The notes: generated from the sequence alone by a model not told the origin. Shown: positions 10,364-21,479, numbered from the stretch's first letter. The stretch: DNA of 64,000 nucleotides from Candidatus [Bacteroides] periocalifornicus (GCA_001421095.1 LIIK01000008.1:2791-66790), one strand, 5' to 3'. Made by a program: numbers and translations.

Positions 10364-11371
10364 ATGAATAGCCTAGGACATAGCCTGAGGGTATCGCTGC
10401 AAGGGGAGTCACATGGGCCAGCGCTAGTGGTGGTGGTGGATGGGCTTCCAGCAGGACTGCCAGTGCGCGAGGAGGTTTTCTCGGCAGATTTGGCGAGGAG
10501 ACGCCCCCAAGGAGACTGTGCCACGGCTAGGCAAGAGCCAGATGTACTCCACCTGCTGACTGGCATACACCAAGGGTACACTACGGGGGCTCCGGTGACG
10601 GTGAGCATAGAGAATAGGGAGGCAAATAGTGCTGATTACCAAGATATAGAGAATTTTCCACGTCCAGGTCATGCCGATTTTGTGGCACAACAAAAATATG
10701 GGGAGTATTGCGACCTACGTGGTGGTGGAGTTTTTTCTGGTCGGACTACGGTAGGCATAGTCGTGGCCGGGACGCTGGCAGGTATGATGCTTAGGGGTGT
10801 GCGGGTGGAGGCGAAAGTAGAGAGTGTAGGCGGACGCACTGATTGGGCTGCGTACCTGCACGAGGTGACGGCTGAAGGCGATTCTCTAGGGGGCATTGTA
10901 ACGTGCGAGGCCTCTGGAGTCCCGGCTGGGTGGGGCGATCCCTATTTTGATTCTGTGGAGTCGCTCCTTGCGCATGGACTTTTCGCCATACCAGGAGTTA
11001 AAGGGGTGGAGTTTGGTGACGGGTTCGCTGCCGCTAGCCTGCGTGGCTCTGAGTATAACGATGCTATTATAGATGCTGGTGGGCAAACGGCTACCAATCA
11101 TTGCGGTGGGGTGAATGGGGGGATATCTAACGGTAACCAGTTACGATTCAGAGTGGTTGCACGTCCGCCAGCTAGCATACGGCGAGAGCAGCAGAGCTAT
11201 AGTAGGCGCACGGGACAGGTAGAGCCCATTCGGGTACAGGGGCGGCACGATTCGTGCTTCGTTACACGGCTCCCAGTGGTGGTGGAGGCTATGACAAAGC
11301 TGGTGCTAGGGGATTTGGCCTTGAGGCGAATGGCGGAGTTGGGGGGGAGGAAGCTTTTTAACGAGGGTTAG
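10364..11371 (+). CDS. aroC: Chorismate synthase
   Basis: Motifs SLQGESHGPALVVVVDGLPAG, RPGHADF and GRHDSC. Confidence 0.9.
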   Translation: MNSLGHSLRVSLQGESHGPALVVVVDGLPAGLPVREEVFSADLARRRPQGDCATARQEPDVLHLLTGIHQGYTTGAPVTVSIENREANSADYQDIENFPRPGHADFVAQQKYGEYCDLRGGGVFSGRTTVGIVVAGTLAGMMLRGVRVEAKVESVGGRTDWAAYLHEVTAEGDSLGGIVTCEASGVPAGWGDPYFDSVESLLAHGLFAIPGVKGVEFGDGFAAASLRGSEYNDAIIDAGGQTATNHCGGVNGGISNGNQLRFRVVARPPASIRREQQSYSRRTGQVEPIRVQGRHDSCFVTRLPVVVEAMTKLVLGDLALRRMAELGGRKLFNEG

Positions 11372-11581
11372 TTTTTCTGCTCATCGGTTTTTACGCATAA
11401 ATATGGGCGTGTGCTGCTGTGATTGATAAATAGGATGCGGAATTGCCGATAGAAGGTAGATAATAAGTTAATAATTCGTCTTATTTACTTCGTGAAGACG
11501 GGTAGTTAGTAGGAAAGATATCCCCGTTCACCCGAATCGGAAGGAGGGGGTGAACGGAATAGTAGATTGGAATAATATTGC

Positions 11582-11589
11582 TAACTTTG
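11582..11589 (+). promoter_or_regulatory. -7 promoter box (taactttg)
   Basis: TAnnTTTG match about 108 nt upstream of the giant adhesin ATG. Confidence 0.4.
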
Positions 11590-11696
11590 CGCTGCGAACG
11601 GATGCCATCAGTTTACGCAAGTGAGACGGGTGCTTTGGCTGGGAAATCCAACGGAAAGCGAGGACTGATGCGGGCCTGCGGCATGGAGGATAGGAG

Positions 11697-14600
11697 ATGC
11701 GGAAGAGTATACTGAGGGGATGTTTAGGTCGTTTTGGCGCGCTGCGTGTCGCACGGTGGCGTGCGGGGCAAGTGCTGGCTTTGGTAGCGGTGCTTACGGT
11801 GATGCTGGCAATGACTGCCCATGCGCAGCCAACGGCATTCCCCACGTTACCAGATGGTACGACCACCTGTGCAGGGGCGCGCTCCATAATTCTTCCATCT
11901 CAGCCCACCGCGGTGAAGATGCGCCTAGTGGTGTGGGATGGGATCTGCTGCACGGGGATTGAGAGCTTTACGGTATACGAGAATGTGGGTACAGGCTACC
12001 AGAAAACCCCTGTGAGCCAGGTGCTGGAGACTCTGCTGAACTCCACTACTCTTCAGCCAGTTAGTTCGAATACCAAATGGAAGTATCTTGATTTCACCCT
12101 GCCGTCTTCAGCTGTGGGGAAGACTTTTAGGATTGTCAATACGAATAACGTCTTCCATCTGGGCATTTTTGCAGCCCCTAATCCCCCCGACGACCTCTAC
12201 AGTTACCTTCCTGCTGAAACGCCTTTGAGTACGAGCATCGTTTTGCAAGAGGAGCGGTATGTGGGGAGCAATAAGGTATTCCAGCCAATTACGAATATTG
12301 TCGGCGGTGTAAAGCAGGTAGAGGTATGCGCGGGAAGAGGACTCCGGCTAAGCGCGGCAATCGATTCCAAGGATCGATACTCCTACGAGTGGCGGCCTGG
12401 CGACGGGATAAAGTCGCCATTCGATAGCGCCGTGGTAGAGTTTGAACCGTTTGATTACACGCCGACCCCCAGGATCGTCAAAGTGCTACGTACAGGGGTC
12501 TGCGAACTCACGAATCCCTCCAAGCCAGGAGCACATGTCATTTGGGATTCTGTACGGATAGTGGTGAAGCCTCCGATTCAACCCAAACTCACGGTGCCAG
12601 AGGCTAAGGGATGTGCAGGTCGAGAACTCTACTTTAAGCTAGAGAATCTCAAGCCGGGCTACCATGTTCAGTGGTACTACATAAAGAATGGGACGGGAAA
12701 CCCTGTTATACCCTACCCTCCTGTTGTACCCGCCCCTCCGCTCCCTTCTGGTATTGTAAAGTTGTGGGAGGAAACGGTAACGGGCAATATGGCTGAGTAT
12801 AAGGCTAATCCAGTAGGTACACCCGTTCCACCGAGTGCGCCACTAGTTCCAGCATTCCTGTATGAATCTGAAATCCCTACCAATTTAACAGGAGGGGAGA
12901 TAAGCCATCGGCTCGGAGTGCGGGTTTCTGATGGCGACTGCTACTGGGAGCAGTACGTCACCATCACCGTTTACCCCTCGGTGCTTAAACCGAATTTTGA
13001 TGTGCCAGCAGGTCCTATCTGCTCCCCGGTTCTCCACCACCAGTATGAGGATCACAACTATACTGGCCAGCCTAGGAGGGCTAAGTATCTCTGGGAGTTC
13101 GATGTGACCAACGAGCTCGGCGTGCTTTCCAGCTCCGATATGGTCTTACCCGCACCTCAAGACTACGTATGGGAGGATAACGCTACGCTCACCAAGACTA
13201 TAAAGGTGCGCTGCACGGTTACTGACGCTTCAGGGAACTGTAAGAACTCGGACGAGAAAACCTTTGTCCTGAAGACCGGCATCAAACCAGCTATTACGGT
13301 TGAGGTTGACCCCAACTCAGGCTGTCTTCCCGTGAAGATAAATTATAGGAGCAATGACCCCGCAATCTACATCCAGAGCTACCAGTGGGATCTGCTACAG
13401 AAAACGGGCGGGACGTTCACCTCGGTGGCCAGCAGTACTACGGCAGCGGGTCAGTTCTTAGGTATACCCTTAGATCCCAGCAAGGAGACGAGGGTTCGGC
13501 TTAGGGTTCTCAATCAGAACTCCTGCCCAGGATCGAGCGAGGCTGCGCTGAGGATAAAGCCCAACGCTAAGCTAGGCTCGCTTGCCGCTACGGTGGTTAA
13601 TCCCTGTAGTCCAGAGTTTAAGGTGAAGATTGAGGGTCTGAATTTGAGCGGTGCGGACAGCTGTGTATGGAGCATAGGCGATCCGCTGGCTCTGGGGACG
13701 TACCAGCTGCACGAGATGGGGAAAATGAACATCACCGATGTGCATAAGGAGACCACAATCACGTTTGAGAACTACACTCCTACCCCCTACCAGAAGTACG
13801 TACACCTGGAATTGAGGCGAGGATCAGACTGTGGGGTGCGTGATAGCATTCTGGTCACTGTGCCGAGCTACATGAAGGCCGTAATGGAAGTGGATGAACC
13901 AGAGAAATGTCCCAGCAATGCGGCAGGTGAACGTTTGATACACGTGGTGGACAAGTCTATAGCGCCTACTACGGCTACCCGGACATGGCTGATAGATGGG
14001 GTAGCAGCAACACCTGAACCTGGGAGCTCCCATCCAAACTATTACTTCAAGCTGACGAATCCCAGCACCACCATATCTAAGCAGCAAACTATAAAGCTCA
14101 GCCTGACAGATAATCCCCCAGCACCCATTCCGCCAGCACCGCCAACCCCTCCTGCTTGCCCCAGTAGCACGGAGGTTGCACTTACCACGTATCCTCGGGT
14201 AGATCCACAATTCACTGCTGAGTACGGAACACCACCTACTATCTGGAATGTGGGGGTAGAGCTTTGCGCCGACCAAGAAGTCACGCTCAGGGCTACGGGA
14301 GCAGAAAAATATGAGTGGATATCCTATGTAACGGCATTGCCAGGTGAGACCCCGGCAATTCAGGGTGAGGGTGCGCAAATAACGGGTAAATTTACAAATG
14401 AAACCGCTGCCAACATCGCCCATCATGTAGTACTCACAGGTTCGAATAGCAAGGGATGCACTGGCAAGGCAGAGCGCGATTTCATCTTAAAGCCCGGGAT
14501 AAGGGCTGCTTTCAAGGCAAAGACTCTCGACAGCTGCACGCCCTACAAGCTCCAGTTGATAAGCGAAACGAAATCAGCCCTCGCTCCCAATATCATAGAG

Positions 14601-17600
14601 AACTGGAATCTGGATGGAGGCGTTCCCTCCTCCGATCCACTGGATCCTCCTGGTACTTATGAATATACCACGCCAGGCTCGCACACCGTTACGCTAACGG
14701 CGCAGAATAACGTTCCAGGTAACTCCTGCGATGCCGTAGCACCAATGTCATTCACCTTTGAGGTGTTGCCGCCCATATCGGTTAATGTATCGGGTGTTTC
14801 CCCTTCCACAATGGTTTGTGCACCCGAGACCCTGACATTCAATTGCACGGCCAATGGGGCAGAAACGTTGACATGGTTCTTCGAGTCACCCTATGTTGGC
14901 GATGGCCAAGAGTTCCCTGTTCCTCCTGCTACTGCGTCCCATACGTACCAGAATACAACGGATAACGAGATTCACCACATCGTTAAAGTCATTGGTAAGA
15001 ACCGACGGGGTTGTGGCGATAAACCTGGGAGCGTGGCGACACAGGAGGTGATAATTCTGCCCCAGCCGCAGAAGAAGATCTCGTTTAAGGAGTTGAACCT
15101 CTGCTCGCCCATCCGTGTACGATTCGGCTCAGATGCGGGTATGTTTGATATGAGCGAGTGGAAGTTTACGCCCACAGGTCCGCATGCTACAACGCACGGA
15201 CAGCAAGAAATTCGTACTCTACAGGTCGGCAAACTGGATTCTATACCGCTGAAGAATGATCACGATACAGATCCCATAGTCTACGAAGTAGAGTTCAAAG
15301 CGTGGAAGATTTGGACTTTTGGTGGTATCTCTAAGTCATGTCCATTTGGCCCAGAAAAGATTGACGACAAGGTGACGGTTCCACCGCTTTTGAAACCGCT
15401 AGTAGTTCCTTCAGACACAGAAGTCTGCTCTGGAACAAAGGTGGTTTTCACGGATAATACTACTGGGGGCGACGTCCAGCAAGAGTGGACCTTTGAGGAT
15501 GTGCAGGGCGGAAACCTTGTGACAGACAGGGGAACGCTAGTAGATTATACGTTTGTCAACACGAGTAGAGCTGCAAAGGAGTTTGATGTAAAGCTTCGGT
15601 CGCTCCAAACCAGCTATGGGTGTGTAAAGGAGTCGCACTATCCAATCCTAGTAATGCCGCGTATTCAGGCAGATTTCAAGATTAAAGAGACGGATAAGTG
15701 CGCATACCCTTACCCCATTACATTCACGCCGACCGAAACGGGAGGGGACGATCCTACACAGTTCAGTACCCAGTGCGATTGGGATTTTGGCTATGTGTGG
15801 CCCCATCCAGGTGGTGCGCAACAGCAGGATGTAAGGAGTGATTTCGGAGCAGTCTCGCACAATTTCAGGAATCACTTACCCAATGCCACTATCTCGTATC
15901 AGGTTAAGCTTAACGTAAAGCAAACCTACCTGAACTCAGGTAAAGTGTGCCAGCATGACACGACGCAAACTGTGGTGATCCCCCCCGAATTACGGCCTGT
16001 ATTCGATCCCGTGCCAGAGAGGTTTTGCGTTCCCGATGAGGTGGAATTTACCCACACATCTTCTGGAGGCATAGAACATGTGGTTTGGGACTTTGGCGAT
16101 GAGAATAAGCTCGATACGGTATCAACTGTAACGAAGGTTAAACACAAGTACCAGAACGAGGCGATCACAACGCCTACACCGTACACCGTAACGCTTACGG
16201 CTCACAGGGGAAAGTGCGCCCAGAAAGCCGAACGTATCATTACGGCCTACCCCAAAGTTAAGCCTGAGTTCACGGTGGATCAGAGCGAATTCTGCTCGCC
16301 TACAAAAATGAGGATAAAGAATAGTACTAAGAATGGGATGACATTCGACTGGACTATCACGGGTGTAGGCCTCACACCAGTAACGATACCCTCAACCACA
16401 ACACTCGATGATGTGGAGACGCCCGACCTCATCAATACCAATAGCAACAGCGAGATCGATATCACCCTGCGTCTTCTTGCAAAGGCTGACTATGGAGGAG
16501 GGTTGGTGTGCCAGAATTCTAAAGAGGCAACCTACAAGCTACTCCCTCCTGTTAAAGCTCAATTTACCCCATCGGTTACCATAGGGTGCAATCCCTTGGA
16601 TGTGAACATCACCAACCTCAGCACGGGGCTAGGTAGCTACTCTTGGTATGTTGACGGGGCGCCCATGGGTACTGAAGCGCAACCCACGTTTAGATTTGAA
16701 AATACGGATAAGGAAAATCCGCGAACCCTAGTTTTACGGCTCGAGTCGAAGAATCGTCTCTACGATGCCAAAAAGCCAGTGGCGGCTTGCTGGGATGCCC
16801 AGGAGGTCTCGCTCACTGTACACCCGAAGCTAGACTCTATATTTGAGCTCGATAAGCAGGACGGATGCTCCCCGCTGACCGTAGAGCCCAAGGTTTCCTT
16901 CCCTTCCTCTGCGTATGGGTATAGCTGGGATTTCTCTGGAGGTACACCCGCTACAAGCTCGGCAGAAGTACCCGGGGCTGTAGTATTCCAGAACGTGACG
17001 AATGCGCCTCCAGTTTTAGTCAAACGCAAGATTAAGCTAACCACATTTGTTGCAGCAGCTACGCAGTGTTCCAAGGTCTACGAGCGTGAAGTCACCGTCT
17101 TTCCGAGGGCCTATCCTGATTTTAGCATAACAGCCAATGGATGTTCACCCTTGCAGGCTGTGGTGCATGATCAGAGTGTGCTTAGAGATGGAGAGGGAAC
17201 TTACGAATGGGAACTGGACAACGGGCTAAAGAGCAGCGAGCAGAACCCCGTTCTTACGCTTGTCAACAATTCGTATACTACAGATGTGTCGTATACTGTG
17301 AAACTCAGGCTTCGCTCTAAGGATGGGTGTGTAGATTCAACCACACAGTCTGTAACGGTATACCCGCGCCCGAAGGCAGCCTTTGTCGTGGTTGGCGATA
17401 GTGAGAAATGCCCACCGTTTGATGTCGAATTGCAGAATCAGAGTGAGGGTACAGGGCTTACCCATACATTCGATTTTGGCGACGGGGCTTCGCAGACTAC
17501 CACGACACTTGCCCCGATAACCCATAGGTATGATAATCACACCTCCGATAAGGTGGGCTATACCATCAACCTCGTTGTTGTGAATAACCATAACTGTACT

Positions 17601-18956
17601 GACACCACATCGCGCACAGTGGTGGTCTTTCCGACCGTGGTTGCCGATTTTGACTTCGATCCTGGTACTCCTCGGTGTAGCCCATCGGTAGTCAACATGG
17701 TGAATAGGAGTACGGGTGGCTTTAAGTACGAATGGAATTTTGGCGATGGCACAACGATTGACATGCCTGAACCCACGCACACCTTTGTGAATAAGGATCC
17801 TGCAGATAAGACATTCTCGGTAACCCTGAATGTAGCCTCAGAGTTTGATTGCAAGGCAACAGTCACCAAGCAGCTTACGGTATTCGCAACACCGTTGGCA
17901 TATTTTGAGGCTGCGCCACCATTGCAGGTATTCCCGAATTCTACGATACATTTGAGGAATCTCACCGAACCACAGCCGAGCACCTGGTCTTACTATTGGG
18001 ATTTCAACGATGGGTACGACAGTCATGATAAGTCGCCAGCCGATCATAAGTATAGGCGTTGGGCACCCAAGGAATGGGATTTCGCCTACACCGTAAAACT
18101 TGTGGTGAATGCCCCCAACTGCTCAGACACCGCCATTCAGAAGGTGTACATATATGCGCCGTTGCCCAATACCAAGTTCACAGCAAACCGCTTTGAGGAT
18201 TGCGTACCAATGCGTGTTTTCTTCAGGAACGATACGGAGGGCGCTACTGATTACCTCTGGGAGTTTGGCGATGGTACAACGAGTACGGATCAAGAGCCCA
18301 TACATGATTACACTCGGCCAGGGATCTATCACGTTAAGCTGACGGCAACAGGCGATGGAGGTGTGAACTACGCCTACGGTGTATTCATCGCCTATGAGAG
18401 GCCGGTGGCTAAATTCAAGATGTTCCCCTCTAAAGTAATGTTACCCAATGCGCTAGTGAAGGCACAGCATGAAACGGTAGGCGTGAACAAATTCTGGTGG
18501 GACTTCGGCGATGGTGCTGTATCCACCGAAGAGGCCCCCGTGCATGAGTATCAGGCTCCAGGGGAGTATAGGGTCTCGCTAAAGGTTGAGAACAGTGCTG
18601 GTTGCACGGATACAACTTCCCGTAGCCCAGGTGTCATAGTACTTCCAGTAGGTAAGATCAGGTTTCCTGATGTCTTCCAGCCCAACGAGAACGGCAGTAA
18701 CGGAGGAAGTTACGATGAACACGATGTCAAGAACCAGGTCTTCCACCCCTATACCGATGGTATCTCAGTCTATACCCTCCAAATCTATAGCCGTTGGGGC
18801 GAGTTGATCTTTGAATCGCACGATGTGGCCAAAGGTTGGGATGGCTATAGGAGCGGTAAGCTTTGCGATGCAGGCGTTTATACCTACCGTTCGTTCGGGC
18901 AGTTCTTTAATGGTGAGGTGTTTGATGTGAGGGGTAATGTAACCTTATTGCGATGA
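11697..18956 (+). CDS. Giant PKD/Ig-repeat surface protein with T9SS type-B (gliding-motility-associated, CHU_C-like) C-terminal sorting domain
   Basis: Signal peptide (LAVLTVMLAMTAHAQ). More than 15 repeats of ~85-90 aa carry C.P..V.F.N.S.G...Y.W.FGDG...P.H.Y. The C-terminus reads FPDVFQPNENG...YTLQIYSRWGELIFES...GWDG...GVYTY...GNVTLLR. Confidence 0.85.
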   Translation: MRKSILRGCLGRFGALRVARWRAGQVLALVAVLTVMLAMTAHAQPTAFPTLPDGTTTCAGARSIILPSQPTAVKMRLVVWDGICCTGIESFTVYENVGTGYQKTPVSQVLETLLNSTTLQPVSSNTKWKYLDFTLPSSAVGKTFRIVNTNNVFHLGIFAAPNPPDDLYSYLPAETPLSTSIVLQEERYVGSNKVFQPITNIVGGVKQVEVCAGRGLRLSAAIDSKDRYSYEWRPGDGIKSPFDSAVVEFEPFDYTPTPRIVKVLRTGVCELTNPSKPGAHVIWDSVRIVVKPPIQPKLTVPEAKGCAGRELYFKLENLKPGYHVQWYYIKNGTGNPVIPYPPVVPAPPLPSGIVKLWEETVTGNMAEYKANPVGTPVPPSAPLVPAFLYESEIPTNLTGGEISHRLGVRVSDGDCYWEQYVTITVYPSVLKPNFDVPAGPICSPVLHHQYEDHNYTGQPRRAKYLWEFDVTNELGVLSSSDMVLPAPQDYVWEDNATLTKTIKVRCTVTDASGNCKNSDEKTFVLKTGIKPAITVEVDPNSGCLPVKINYRSNDPAIYIQSYQWDLLQKTGGTFTSVASSTTAAGQFLGIPLDPSKETRVRLRVLNQNSCPGSSEAALRIKPNAKLGSLAATVVNPCSPEFKVKIEGLNLSGADSCVWSIGDPLALGTYQLHEMGKMNITDVHKETTITFENYTPTPYQKYVHLELRRGSDCGVRDSILVTVPSYMKAVMEVDEPEKCPSNAAGERLIHVVDKSIAPTTATRTWLIDGVAATPEPGSSHPNYYFKLTNPSTTISKQQTIKLSLTDNPPAPIPPAPPTPPACPSSTEVALTTYPRVDPQFTAEYGTPPTIWNVGVELCADQEVTLRATGAEKYEWISYVTALPGETPAIQGEGAQITGKFTNETAANIAHHVVLTGSNSKGCTGKAERDFILKPGIRAAFKAKTLDSCTPYKLQLISETKSALAPNIIENWNLDGGVPSSDPLDPPGTYEYTTPGSHTVTLTAQNNVPGNSCDAVAPMSFTFEVLPPISVNVSGVSPSTMVCAPETLTFNCTANGAETLTWFFESPYVGDGQEFPVPPATASHTYQNTTDNEIHHIVKVIGKNRRGCGDKPGSVATQEVIILPQPQKKISFKELNLCSPIRVRFGSDAGMFDMSEWKFTPTGPHATTHGQQEIRTLQVGKLDSIPLKNDHDTDPIVYEVEFKAWKIWTFGGISKSCPFGPEKIDDKVTVPPLLKPLVVPSDTEVCSGTKVVFTDNTTGGDVQQEWTFEDVQGGNLVTDRGTLVDYTFVNTSRAAKEFDVKLRSLQTSYGCVKESHYPILVMPRIQADFKIKETDKCAYPYPITFTPTETGGDDPTQFSTQCDWDFGYVWPHPGGAQQQDVRSDFGAVSHNFRNHLPNATISYQVKLNVKQTYLNSGKVCQHDTTQTVVIPPELRPVFDPVPERFCVPDEVEFTHTSSGGIEHVVWDFGDENKLDTVSTVTKVKHKYQNEAITTPTPYTVTLTAHRGKCAQKAERIITAYPKVKPEFTVDQSEFCSPTKMRIKNSTKNGMTFDWTITGVGLTPVTIPSTTTLDDVETPDLINTNSNSEIDITLRLLAKADYGGGLVCQNSKEATYKLLPPVKAQFTPSVTIGCNPLDVNITNLSTGLGSYSWYVDGAPMGTEAQPTFRFENTDKENPRTLVLRLESKNRLYDAKKPVAACWDAQEVSLTVHPKLDSIFELDKQDGCSPLTVEPKVSFPSSAYGYSWDFSGGTPATSSAEVPGAVVFQNVTNAPPVLVKRKIKLTTFVAAATQCSKVYEREVTVFPRAYPDFSITANGCSPLQAVVHDQSVLRDGEGTYEWELDNGLKSSEQNPVLTLVNNSYTTDVSYTVKLRLRSKDGCVDSTTQSVTVYPRPKAAFVVVGDSEKCPPFDVELQNQSEGTGLTHTFDFGDGASQTTTTLAPITHRYDNHTSDKVGYTINLVVVNNHNCTDTTSRTVVVFPTVVADFDFDPGTPRCSPSVVNMVNRSTGGFKYEWNFGDGTTIDMPEPTHTFVNKDPADKTFSVTLNVASEFDCKATVTKQLTVFATPLAYFEAAPPLQVFPNSTIHLRNLTEPQPSTWSYYWDFNDGYDSHDKSPADHKYRRWAPKEWDFAYTVKLVVNAPNCSDTAIQKVYIYAPLPNTKFTANRFEDCVPMRVFFRNDTEGATDYLWEFGDGTTSTDQEPIHDYTRPGIYHVKLTATGDGGVNYAYGVFIAYERPVAKFKMFPSKVMLPNALVKAQHETVGVNKFWWDFGDGAVSTEEAPVHEYQAPGEYRVSLKVENSAGCTDTTSRSPGVIVLPVGKIRFPDVFQPNENGSNGGSYDEHDVKNQVFHPYTDGISVYTLQIYSRWGELIFESHDVAKGWDGYRSGKLCDAGVYTYRSFGQFFNGEVFDVRGNVTLLR

Positions 18957-19951
18957 GAATTAATTCTGTAGTATTGCCGCTCATTCTGGGCTGTGTATTC
19001 GTGGGGGCGTGGAGTAGAGTGCAGGCTCAGGATCCGCAGTTTACCCAGTTCTTCGCGAATCCGGTCTACATGTCCCCCTCTTATGCCGGTGCGAGTTCTG
19101 GGCATAGGGCTGTGCTGAGCTACCGTGACCAGTGGTCGATAATGCCCAACATGTATCGCACACTTTCAGCCTCGTATGATGTCAATATCGCCTCCCTTCG
19201 TTCCGGTGTAGGGGTTTTCGTGCTGGGCGATCTGGCTGGAACTGGGAATCTTGGCACAATTCTGGTAGGGGCAGTGTATTCATACTCTGTACCCTTGACC
19301 GATGTGTGGAGCTTTCGGCCTGGTATTGGATTCTACTATCGGCAGAATTCCATTAGCTATTCGAGGCTTACCTGGGGAGACCAGCTCAATACCGATCCGC
19401 CCAGTTCCACGACCATGCAACGTCCAGGGAAGCGGAGGATTTATGATATTGATGCTACGGTGTCCATCCTGTTCCACTCTGAGAATGCCTGGGTGGGGTC
19501 TACCTGGGATCACATGCTTCGCCCAAAGGATTCTTTTTACGGAGAGGGGTCTAGGGTACCATTCCGGTTCTCCCTCTTTGGCGGGTATCGGTTTGTAATT
19601 CAGAGTCTCTACCGTAGAGGAGTCGACCAGAGCCTTTCGGTAGCGGCCAATATACGCTATCAGCAGCGATTTGCGCAGATAGATGTGGGGGGCTATTGGT
19701 TCAAGTATCCATTGCTGCTCGGCATTTGGTACAGAGGAGTACCCATGCTCAAGGGGTATTTTGGGTCTGATGCCCTAGCCTTCATGGTAGGCTTCCGTTA
19801 CAATGGAATACAGGTGGCCTATAGCTACGATCTCACCGTCTCAGGACTTGGGCCTAGCTCGGGTGGTTCGCATGAGATTTCTTTGACCTACGAGGCACCC
19901 ATCACGCCGAAGAAGCGTAAGTACAAAGCCCCCATTTGCCCGCCATACTAG
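18953..19951 (+). CDS. PorP/SprF family type IX secretion system membrane protein
   Basis: N-terminus AQDPQFTQFFANPVYMSPSYAG. The start overlaps the upstream type-B CTD gene by 4 nt (ATGA). Beta-barrel-like composition. Confidence 0.85.
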   Translation: MRINSVVLPLILGCVFVGAWSRVQAQDPQFTQFFANPVYMSPSYAGASSGHRAVLSYRDQWSIMPNMYRTLSASYDVNIASLRSGVGVFVLGDLAGTGNLGTILVGAVYSYSVPLTDVWSFRPGIGFYYRQNSISYSRLTWGDQLNTDPPSSTTMQRPGKRRIYDIDATVSILFHSENAWVGSTWDHMLRPKDSFYGEGSRVPFRFSLFGGYRFVIQSLYRRGVDQSLSVAANIRYQQRFAQIDVGGYWFKYPLLLGIWYRGVPMLKGYFGSDALAFMVGFRYNGIQVAYSYDLTVSGLGPSSGGSHEISLTYEAPITPKKRKYKAPICPPY

Positions 19952-19973
19952 CGGCAGATTGGCATATACACAG

Positions 19974-20001
19974 AGCCTCGCATTTTGCGGGGCTTTTTTT
20001 T
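19974..20001 (+). terminator. Rho-independent terminator
   Basis: Stem agcctcgc/gcggggct with loop atttt, then T8. Confidence 0.7.
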
Positions 20002-20045
20002 GCGGGAGCTGTTGGTTACAAGGTAAAAGGATTCTCTGCAAAACC

Positions 20046-20197
20046 AAGACCTCTGCCAAAATCACATGAACGACGCGGCACGCCGTGTCGCTACGGTCTT
20101 CGAGAAATGGAAGTGATTGATTAAAACCTATTTATTTGCAAAAAGAGGAAAGCACTCCTGTAAAAGATTGAACCCATACGGGACTTTTGCAGAGGTC
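20046..20197 (+). repeat. MITE-like 152-bp element (TIRs agacctctgccaaaa / ttttgcagaggtct) carrying one REP-like GTAG-palindrome (20070-20093)
   Basis: Terminal inverted repeats are visible. It is the reverse complement of 27951-28101, with 6 mismatches by hand alignment. Confidence 0.7.
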
Positions 20198-20815
20198 TCA
20201 AACCAGTAAAACGATGCGATACGTTGCTACAATCTTCGTTAGCTGCCCTACCTAGAGGGCATTTTTATTCATAGCCTTTCAGCTTCTGTAAAGCTAGCAC
20301 TAAAAGGCTTGTGGTGCAGCTCGACCATTCAGTTTTGTCCATTACGCCCCATTACGCAATTTTGTCCTTCAAGTGAAAGTGCACGTTACTATCTCGCCCC
20401 ATTTGCGACGCGAAATTACGCACACCGCGATAACTAGAATGGGAATTGCCTCAAGATTATATAATAAGCTTTTAGTCAAGTTGATATAGAGCTCTAAGAG
20501 AGGAAAAATACGCATGTCATGGGAGCTGTTGCGCGCGCCGAGCCGTTGCGACGCATTCAGCATTGCGGTTGTGCTTGCTGCGACAGGGATCCTCTTGCCA
20601 TTTCCCTTTTGGACGGTGGGCTGCGAGGGGGCTCTTTGGGGAATTAGGGCTATTTTCAGCATTCTCATTCGCGCTGGTTAGCCGTATCTGATCTGATATT
20701 TTATTCTGATAATCATTACGTTGAGATGTTATTCTTTTTGTTCTGCATTGGGATGTTTGGAGCAGTGTAGGCTAAGGGATTCTTTCGTTGAGGCGTGTCT
20801 TTTCAAAAATCTTAC

Positions 20816-20823
20816 TACCTTTG
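20816..20823 (+). promoter_or_regulatory. -7 promoter box (tacctttg)
   Basis: TAnnTTTG match 69 nt upstream of the ECF sigma start. Confidence 0.45.
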
Positions 20824-20891
20824 CCGTTGTGAAACCAGCTAATCATTTCTGCCTATAGAGTACTTTTCCACAAACCAACATTGTTGAAAAC

Positions 20892-21479
20892 GTGGATATT
20901 ACACAGGTAGAAAAGGACAATGCGCTGTTGATTCAGCGGTTCCTTTCTGAGGGGGATCAAGAGGCGCTCAACCTTCTGTTCTCGCGGTATAGCGGGAAGG
21001 TGTTTGCCTACCTCTATACCTCGTTGAATGATAGGAGTGTGGCCTCTGATGTGATGCAAGAGGTGTTCTGCAAGGCATTGCGTTCTATTCAGGAGGGGCG
21101 TTACGTTGACACCTATCGCTTTGAGGCGTGGCTGATGCGTATCACCCACAATGCTGCGATGGACTTCTACCGCGACCGTAGACGCACGAGGGATCTTTTT
21201 GCCGAGAGTACCCCGTCATCCGCCTTCAGTACCAGTAGCGACTATGATCCCGAGCGGGAACTTACGCTCTCGCAGTCCAAGAAGAACCTAAGGCGGCTCA
21301 TTCAGAAGCTCCCCCCAGCGCAGCGGCAGGTGGTCATTATGCGCCTGTATATGGGGTTATCGTTCCAGGAGATAGCAACGCACACTGACGTGAGCATCAA
21401 TACGGCCCTTGGGCGGATGCGGTATGCGCTGCTGAACATGCGTCGCTACGCAGAGCGCGATAATCTCCAGCTGGTGTAG
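20892..21479 (+). CDS. RNA polymerase ECF-type sigma-70 factor
   Basis: Region 2 (EVFCKALRSIQEGRY...FEAWLMRITHNAAMDFYR) and region 4 (LPPAQRQVVIMRLYMGLSFQEIATHTDVSINTALGRMRYAL). GTG start. No adjacent anti-sigma gene. Confidence 0.8.
   Translation: MDITQVEKDNALLIQRFLSEGDQEALNLLFSRYSGKVFAYLYTSLNDRSVASDVMQEVFCKALRSIQEGRYVDTYRFEAWLMRITHNAAMDFYRDRRRTRDLFAESTPSSAFSTSSDYDPERELTLSQSKKNLRRLIQKLPPAQRQVVIMRLYMGLSFQEIATHTDVSINTALGRMRYALLNMRRYAERDNLQLV

Noticed and set aside
20369-20668. 99-aa minus-strand ORF (and a 57-aa plus-strand ORF at 20514-20687) upstream of the ECF sigma gene
   Set aside because: No recognisable motifs. They overlap degenerate repeat-array sequence, and their composition is atypical of the coding regions here.
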